From: an uncultured Gammaproteobacteria bacterium
GTDB lineage: Bacteria > Actinomycetota > Acidimicrobiia > Acidimicrobiales > Aldehydirespiratoraceae
Direction of reading: 5' to 3'
Assembly: GCA_964196195.1 (NCBI GenBank)
Contig: CAXMSE010000032.1
Location: 801 to 64,800, forward strand
Length of the DNA stretch: 64,000 nt
In this document: positions 57,912 to 64,000 of the stretch, one piece after another
Position numbering within the stretch: the first letter of the stretch is position 1
Layout of the letters: every line of letters begins with the position of its first letter
Position numbers and translations under genes: made by a program
Notes under the pieces: generated by a model
What the model was told of the DNA's origin: nothing
The model's input: only the letters and a program-made list of their open reading frames with translations
Databases searched by the model: none

Positions 57912-59000
57912 CTAGGGGCGAGCGAGTTCGACCTGCACCTCGGCACTCGGGTCGTGGGCGACCGGGGCGAGGAGGTGCTCAAGACCGAGACGGCGAGCGG
58001 CCCAGACCGCATGGGATCGGATCATTGGCTCGGGGTGAGCCAGGGAGAGTTCGATGGCATCCACCACGCGCTGATCGCCGGGGTCGGCGGTGTTGGCCAG
58101 TACGAGCAGGGCATTGCGCCGCAGGTAGAGAGGGTTGCGACGTGGTATGTACCACCGTCCGAACCTGTCGATCAGCGAGTCATCGTCGGCTGCGAGCATG
58201 TCGAGCACCGACACCCACGCCTGATCGGCTCCCGCCGCCGACGGGCGGCGCCGTCGAATCTGGTTGGGAGGGCACACGTCCTGGCAGTCGTCGCAGCCAT
58301 AGATGCGATCGCCCATCGCTTCGCGATATTCGATGGGAAAGCTGCCCTCCGCTTGAACCAGCCACGCCAGACAGCGACGGGCGTCGACGACTCCTGGCGC
58401 GATTATCGCGTCAGTGGGGCACGCGGTGATGCACTTGGTGCAGGACTGGCACCCATCCTCAACCGGAGTGATGTCGTGGATCTCCAGCGGTGCATCAGTG
58501 AGCACCGAACCCAACACCACCAGGCTGCCCACCCCCGGAACAAGGATATTGCTGCTCTTACCCCACCATCCGATACCGGCCCGATGGGCCGCAGCCCGGT
58601 CGACGAGATGGTTCTGGTCGGCGAGCACCACGGCACGGTGCCCATCCTCTCGCAGCCTGACCGCGATCGGCTCGAGAGCCTCGCGCAGGTGTCGATAGTG
58701 GTCTTCCCAAGAGTAAGCGGCCACGCGCCCCAGCGGCTCTCCGACAAGCTTCGGGGGCGCTTCGCGCTGATAGTCGTAAGCCCCGACGACAAGAGCTGTC
58801 GCGCCGGGCAGGGTGCGACTCGGGTCGGTGGAACGAGCCGGATTGCGGTAGGTGAACTGCATCCGGTCGTGCAGACCGCGGTCTCGGCGTTCTTCGATGG
58901 TGGCGCGTACATCTGCGAAAGGCTCGGCTGACACGACTCCGACTGCGCAGAGGCCGGCATCGAGGCCGAGTTGGCGGAGTTGTTCGACGCTGGCCGGCAT
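57912..59000 (-). CDS. queG: Epoxyqueuosine reductase
   Basis: VAAYSWEDHY, AGIGWWGKS, CQSCTKCITACPT, IYGCDDCQDVCP, C-terminal HEAT-like repeats. Confidence 0.93.
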   Translation of the reverse strand: MPASVEQLRQLGLDAGLCAVGVVSAEPFADVRATIEERRDRGLHDRMQFTYRNPARSTDPSRTLPGATALVVGAYDYQREAPPKLVGEPLGRVAAYSWEDHYRHLREALEPIAVRLREDGHRAVVLADQNHLVDRAAAHRAGIGWWGKSSNILVPGVGSLVVLGSVLTDAPLEIHDITPVEDGCQSCTKCITACPTDAIIAPGVVDARRCLAWLVQAEGSFPIEYREAMGDRIYGCDDCQDVCPPNQIRRRRPSAAGADQAWVSVLDMLAADDDSLIDRFGRWYIPRRNPLYLRRNALLVLANTADPGDQRVVDAIELSLAHPEPMIRSHAVWAARRLGLEHLLAPVAHDPSAEVQVELARP

Positions 59001-59026
59001 CGGGCCATGGTGGCACGCCGGTGTGC

Positions 59027-59287
59027 TCAGGCCACCCCATGGCGGCCGCGAAACCGCGAGGGGGGCACGAGTCCCGCCTCGGCGAGCAGTTCGACCGCGC
59101 GCCGTTCATCGCCGTCGAGTAGCACCGGCGTGCCGGGTTCATGGTTGACCAGATAGCTCACTACGCAGTCGTCGCACGAGTCGGTGAACTGGGCGACGCA
59201 CGCGTCGCAGTCGATGGTGAGGACATGATCATCGCGATCGAGATGATCGGCGTCGGCGACAAGGCGGAGATGTGGTTGGCGAGCCAT
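59027..59287 (-). CDS. Small four-Cys actinobacterial protein (Rv2190A-like)
   Basis: IDCDAC-x6-CDDCVVS, ERRAVELLAEAGLVP; syntenic position near the Rv2191-like gene. Confidence 0.8.
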   Translation of the reverse strand: MARQPHLRLVADADHLDRDDHVLTIDCDACVAQFTDSCDDCVVSYLVNHEPGTPVLLDGDERRAVELLAEAGLVPPSRFRGRHGVA

Positions 59288-59294
59288 GTACCGG

Positions 59295-59316
59295 ACACTA
59301 GGTAGGGGGTGTGACA
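59295..59316 (-). promoter_or_regulatory. PafBC / RecA-NDp-type promoter, leaderless
   Basis: TGTCAC-N10-TAGTGT, then 7 nt to ATG 59287. Confidence 0.65.
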
Positions 59317-59369
59317 CTCCGGTGGGGAACCGACGCTGCACCCGCCCTATTCATGCCAAGCTCTGAGCC

Positions 59370-60200
59370 ATGATCATCCTGCTGCTGCATCCAGGTGCGA
59401 TGGGAAGCTCGCTCGGAGCCGCATTGATGGCCAATGGGCACACCGTGCGCTGGGTCGCCGACCGACGTAGTGCCGCAAGCCGCGCTCGCGCCGAGGCCGA
59501 CGAGTTCACCACCTCAGTCGATCTCAGAACTGGCCTCGACGGGGCCGAGATGGTGCTGTCGGTCTGTCCACCGGCCTTCGCCCATCAGGTCGCCGGCGAA
59601 GTGGCAGCCGCCGACTACCGGGGGATATATGTCGATGCCAACGCAATATCGCCCGAAAGCACCCGGGCGGTCGCTGCCGTGGTCACCGAAGCCGGGGCCA
59701 CGGCGGTCGATGCCGGCATCATCGGGCTGCCCGCGCGCGCTGATGCTCGGCCTCTGCTCTATCTGTCCGGCCCCCAAGCCGCGGCGGCGACTGTTGCCGA
59801 GACGTTCGGCGACTCACGGGTCGAAGTCGTTTCCCTCGACGCGCCTGTGGGTGCAGCATCGGCCACCAAGATGGCCTTCGCAGCCTGGACGAAGGGCTCG
59901 ACCGCACTCCTCCTGGCGGTTCGTGCACTGGCCGAGGCGGAGGGGGTCACCGAGGGCCTCGACCACGCGTGGGACACCCTGATCCCCAACCTGCATGACA
60001 AGCTGACGCGAAGTGCCGCGGGGTCGGCTCCCAAGGCGTGGCGCTTCGAAGGTGAGATGCTCGAGATCGCCGCCACGTTCTCCTCGGTCGGCCTACCGGC
60101 GGGTTTCCACGAGGCTGCGGCAGACATCTACGGCCGCCTCGACGATCTCAGAGACCGAGACGACGTCAGCCTCGACGAGGTGATCACCCGACTCACCTGA
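59370..60200 (+). CDS. 6PGD/HIBADH-like NAD(P)-dependent oxidoreductase with DUF1932
   Basis: HPGAMGS, SVCPP, DANAISP, ASATKM..AWTKG, KAWRFEGEM. Confidence 0.85.
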   Translation: MIILLLHPGAMGSSLGAALMANGHTVRWVADRRSAASRARAEADEFTTSVDLRTGLDGAEMVLSVCPPAFAHQVAGEVAAADYRGIYVDANAISPESTRAVAAVVTEAGATAVDAGIIGLPARADARPLLYLSGPQAAAATVAETFGDSRVEVVSLDAPVGAASATKMAFAAWTKGSTALLLAVRALAEAEGVTEGLDHAWDTLIPNLHDKLTRSAAGSAPKAWRFEGEMLEIAATFSSVGLPAGFHEAAADIYGRLDDLRDRDDVSLDEVITRLT

Positions 60201-60217
60201 GCTGCCCGACACGATTC

Positions 60218-60273
60218 TTGACTCCGAACACTTGTTCGGCCAATCTTGTGGACCTTGAACGAACACCTGTTCG
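60218..60273 (+). promoter_or_regulatory. SigA-type promoter with two LexA boxes
   Basis: TTGACT-17nt-CAATCT; CGAACACTTGTTCG at 60225-60238 in the spacer and CGAACACCTGTTCG at 60260-60273. Confidence 0.85.
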
Positions 60274-61964
60274 CGGACCCGGTCGCCACTCCCCTACCTC
60301 CGGTTCCCGCCCCTCACCAACGCACCCTCGAGGATCTGGGCACCGCCCTTCACGAGGTCACCTTCGTGGTAATCGACCTCGAGACCACCGGAGGATCGGC
60401 AAGCAGCTGTGCGATCACCGAGATCGGAGCGGTGAAGCTACGCGGCGGCGAGTGCCTCGGCACCTACCAGACCCTCGTCGACCCTGGCTGCGCCATCCCT
60501 CCCGAGATCACGGTGATCACCGGCATCACCGAGGCAATGGTGATGCGCGCCCCCCGCATCGACAACGTCACCCCCTCGCTTCTGGAGTTCATCGGTGATG
60601 GCGTGATCGTGGGCCACAACGTGAGGTTCGACCTCTCCTTCATCAACGCCACCCTTTCGCACCAAGGCCGCAATCGACTCCCCAACCGCTCTGTCGACAC
60701 CCTCGCCCTCGCCCGCCGCCTCCTTCGCAGCGAAGTGCCCAACTGTCGCCTCGGCACCCTCGCCGACCGGCTCCGGCTGAGCCACCAACCCAGTCACCGG
60801 GCCCTCGACGACGCCCTGGCTACCGGAGATCTCCTCCACCTACTCCTCGAACGCGCCGGCTCGCTGGGTGTCACCGGCCTCGACGACCTCATCGCGCTAC
60901 CCACCATGGCCGGCAACGCCCAGGCTCAGAAGCTGCGCCTCACCGACCGCCTGCCGCGCGAGCCCGGCATCTACCTCTTTCGTGGGCGCACCGGCGACGT
61001 GTTGTATGTGGGCAAGGCGGCCAACCTGCGCTCCCGGGTGCGCAGTTACTTCTCCACCGATGAACGCCGCAAGATCGCCCAACTGCTTCGCGAGACCCAT
61101 CGCATCGATCACCGCGTCTGTCGCAACGGACTCGAGGCGGCCGTGCTGGAGCTGCGCCTCATCCACCAGCACCTGCCCCGGTTCAACCGCCAGGGAACCC
61201 GAAGCTCCAAGTATCCCTATGTGAAGCTCACCCTCGAAGAGCGCTTCCCCCGCCTCTCGGTGGTGCGCACGGTCCGCGATGACGGCGGGCTCTACTTAGG
61301 CCCGGTCTCATCGGCGAAGCGAGCCAAACGGATCGTGGAGGCGATCGAGACCGCCGTGCCGATCCGGCGCTGTACGGCGCGGTCCACCGGGCGCACGAGT
61401 CGCACCGTGTGCACACCCGCCCAGATCGGTGTGGCGTGTTGCCCGTGTTCGGGCCACACGCCCGAGGCCGACTATCGAGCGGTTGTCGACGATCTCGTCG
61501 CCGGACTCACCCTTCATCCCCAGCGCCTCCTCGCTCCTCTCCAGGCCCGTATTCTCATGCTGGCCGCCGAGGAGCGATACGAAGAGGCCGCCGATGTGCG
61601 CGACCGGGCCGAAGCGCTGGCCGGCCTCCTACAGCGTCAGCGTCGATTCGATCTGCTCCGCCGGGCCGGCCGCATGCGGATCAGGATCGGATCCGACTGG
61701 GCCGAGTTTGCCGGAGGACTTCTCAGCGGGTGTGGCTCGGTCGACGACCCACCCTCGCTGCTCGATCACGTCGATCGGTCCACCGCTGCTCACGACCTCG
61801 ACGATCGCCTCCCGGTTCCGAGCCGGCCCGACGCCGACGAACTCCTGTGTATCGCGCGCTGGCTCGACCAAAATGCCGGTCGAGTCGAGCTCGAGTTGGT
61901 GGAGGGCACGCTCGCCGAAATGCTCCCGCGTCTCCCCTCGTTCGCTGCCGGGAAGAGCCAATAG
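60246..61964 (+). CDS. DEDDh exonuclease + GIY-YIG/UvrC-like fusion (Rv2191-like); true start probably at or after TTG 60255
   Basis: VIDLETTG, GHNVRFD, HRALDDA; PGIYLF, YVGKA..LRSRVRSYF, UVR motif ERYEEAA..RD. Confidence 0.92.
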   Translation: MWTLNEHLFADPVATPLPPVPAPHQRTLEDLGTALHEVTFVVIDLETTGGSASSCAITEIGAVKLRGGECLGTYQTLVDPGCAIPPEITVITGITEAMVMRAPRIDNVTPSLLEFIGDGVIVGHNVRFDLSFINATLSHQGRNRLPNRSVDTLALARRLLRSEVPNCRLGTLADRLRLSHQPSHRALDDALATGDLLHLLLERAGSLGVTGLDDLIALPTMAGNAQAQKLRLTDRLPREPGIYLFRGRTGDVLYVGKAANLRSRVRSYFSTDERRKIAQLLRETHRIDHRVCRNGLEAAVLELRLIHQHLPRFNRQGTRSSKYPYVKLTLEERFPRLSVVRTVRDDGGLYLGPVSSAKRAKRIVEAIETAVPIRRCTARSTGRTSRTVCTPAQIGVACCPCSGHTPEADYRAVVDDLVAGLTLHPQRLLAPLQARILMLAAEERYEEAADVRDRAEALAGLLQRQRRFDLLRRAGRMRIRIGSDWAEFAGGLLSGCGSVDDPPSLLDHVDRSTAAHDLDDRLPVPSRPDADELLCIARWLDQNAGRVELELVEGTLAEMLPRLPSFAAGKSQ

Positions 61965-61970
61965 AGAAGC

Positions 61971-63005
61971 TCAGGCGCTGGCCACCAGAGCATCGAGTTT
62001 CGCCGCGGCGCGACCGTCGTCGATCGCCGCTGCGGCTCGAGTCACTCCAGCAGCCAGGTCGGGGACCACGCCGGACGCCCACAGACCGGCACCGGCATTG
62101 AGAACCACGATGTCGCGCGCAGGCCCCGGCTCGCCTGCGAAGATCTGTCGGGCGATCCTCGCATTGGTCTCGGCATCGCCCCCCGCGATGTCGGCGCTCG
62201 TCACTCGAGCCAGGCCGTAGTGGGTGGCGTCGATCTCACTCTCGGTGATCTCGCCATGGTCGAGCGACACGATCGTGGACGGCCCTGTGGTGGTGAGCTC
62301 ATCGAGGCCACCGGTGCCGTGAACCACTAGGGAGCGCAACGAGCCGGTGGCCCGCAGCACCTCGGCTATGCGGCGGATCGTGTCGACATCGGCAACGCCG
62401 ATCACCTGGCGGGTGAGCCGGGCCGGGTGCGAAAGAGGGCCGAGGATGTTGAACAGTGTTGGGATGCCGAGCTCGGCACGAACGAGGCCGACGTGTCGCA
62501 TGGCCGGGTGGAAGGTGCGGGCGAAGGCGAACCCGATACCGAGCTCGTTCACCTGCGACTCCAGGGTGGGCGTGTCGATATCGATCCGAACTCCGAGCGC
62601 TTCCAGCAGATCGAAGCTCCCCGATGTGGACGATGCTCTGCGATTGCCGTGCTTGCACACGGTTGCGCCCGCACCGGCCGCGACGAATGAGGCCATGGTC
62701 GACACGTTCAACGCCGCCGTGCGCCGACTCTGGGCCCCACCCACGCCTACGATGTCGATCGTGTCGGCCGGAACCACAAGCGGGCTCGCTGCCGCGATCA
62801 TGGCTCGCTGCAGGCCGGTCATTTCCTCGATCGTCTCACCCTTCAATCGGATTCCGACGATGAAGGCGGCGATCTGAGCATCGGTGGCCTGCCCCGACAG
62901 GACCGCGTCGAACACGGCTTCACACTGATCGGCACTGAGGTCGGAACCCGAGGCGATCACCGCGAGAATCGAGGACCATCCCCCGTATTGATCGATCGAT
63001 GCCAT
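61971..63005 (-). CDS. trpD: Anthranilate phosphoribosyltransferase
   Basis: DIVGVGG, NVST, KHGNR, FHPAM, FNILGPL, GLDE; GAGGAGG SD before ATG 63005. Confidence 0.95.
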   Translation of the reverse strand: MASIDQYGGWSSILAVIASGSDLSADQCEAVFDAVLSGQATDAQIAAFIVGIRLKGETIEEMTGLQRAMIAAASPLVVPADTIDIVGVGGAQSRRTAALNVSTMASFVAAGAGATVCKHGNRRASSTSGSFDLLEALGVRIDIDTPTLESQVNELGIGFAFARTFHPAMRHVGLVRAELGIPTLFNILGPLSHPARLTRQVIGVADVDTIRRIAEVLRATGSLRSLVVHGTGGLDELTTTGPSTIVSLDHGEITESEIDATHYGLARVTSADIAGGDAETNARIARQIFAGEPGPARDIVVLNAGAGLWASGVVPDLAAGVTRAAAAIDDGRAAAKLDALVASA

Positions 63006-63080
63006 TGTTTCCTCCTCGCAGTCGGCCGCCACCGGACCGGCTGGGGCCGGGTCGAGCGACGGCGGTACTCTAGGCGCCCT

Positions 63081-63476
63081 GTGCTCAACGACCTCGACCT
63101 CGACTTTTCGGCTATCCGCGCCGGCTCTCTCGTCTGCCTGCTGATCGCCGCTCCTGCCGCGATCATCGTGAACATTCTGGCCGACGGCGGCGGCACCGAC
63201 CAGAGCAACTGGGTCTACCTGGCCTTCATCGCGATCATCGCCGCTTACATTCTCGGTGGGGCCCAGGCCGGCCGACGAGCCCTTGAAGCTCCATTCGTGA
63301 ATGGTGCAACGGCAACATTCACCGCCTTCCTGGTGGTTCAGGTGATCGGCGGAATCGTGAGGGTGGCTCGAGGCGACAGCATCTCGCCGGTCGCCCTCAT
63401 CTTCAACGCCCTCCTCGCCGCTTCGATCGGAGCGGTCGGTGCATGGTTCGGGGCGCAACGAGGCACACTTGAGACC

Positions 63477-63500
<24 letters not shown>
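63081..63500 (+). CDS. Small 4-TM membrane protein
   Basis: Four hydrophobic helices; TACTCT -10 9 nt before GTG 63081; 3' end overlaps rnpB. Confidence 0.75.
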
Positions 63501-63838
<338 letters not shown>

Positions 63839-63880
63839 ACCCTGAAGACACATGGCAGATGGCCCTTACGGGACCACTCC

Positions 63881-63901
63881 ATGGAACACAGATGGAACAC
63901 A
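63881..63901 (+). repeat. Tandem 10-bp direct repeat ATGGAACACA (11-bp period)
   Basis: ATGGAACACA g ATGGAACACA, 43 nt downstream of rnpB. Confidence 0.7.
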
Positions 63902-64000
63902 CTGGCCAATAGCAACGGCCGAGTTCACGTCACCTTCTCGCGCAGAATCCCGGGCCGAACTCGACCGACGGTCACGCTCCGTAATGCCCTGTCACGGAGC

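Overview
High-GC actinobacterial chromosome, most like class Acidimicrobiia (inferred from gene content, SepF/DivIVA/Bpa and synteny). The window is almost entirely core genome: peptide ABC transporter genes, hrpA, dnaE, bpa, rluD, a DksA-like gene, the dcw cluster without murF, the MoxR-DUF58-transglutaminase trio, dinB, ppm1, an OmpR-family two-component system with a GerMN lipoprotein, pfkA/glpK, the SRPBCC-pimB'-queG-Rv2191-like-trpD block and rnpB. I saw no CRISPR, rRNA, tRNA, transposase or integrase. Best candidates for novelty: (1) a BldD-like regulator (XRE HTH plus BldD-type C-domain with a half-conserved RxD-X8-RxxD c-di-GMP motif) carrying a C-terminal transmembrane helix; (2) a multi-layer control region for the dcw operon, with a perfect LexA box, about 11 MraZ-type boxes at 10-bp period and a roughly 185-nt branched hairpin between mraZ and rsmH; (3) an RNase P RNA lacking helix P18; (4) a DksA-like protein with one Cys and a histone-like tail; (5) an ATPase-dead SMC/YhaN-like protein; (6) phased DnaA boxes before dnaE, tandem SOS boxes and a PafBC-type leaderless promoter. 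All family assignments come from reading motifs by eye and from recalled reference sequences; no database search was run.
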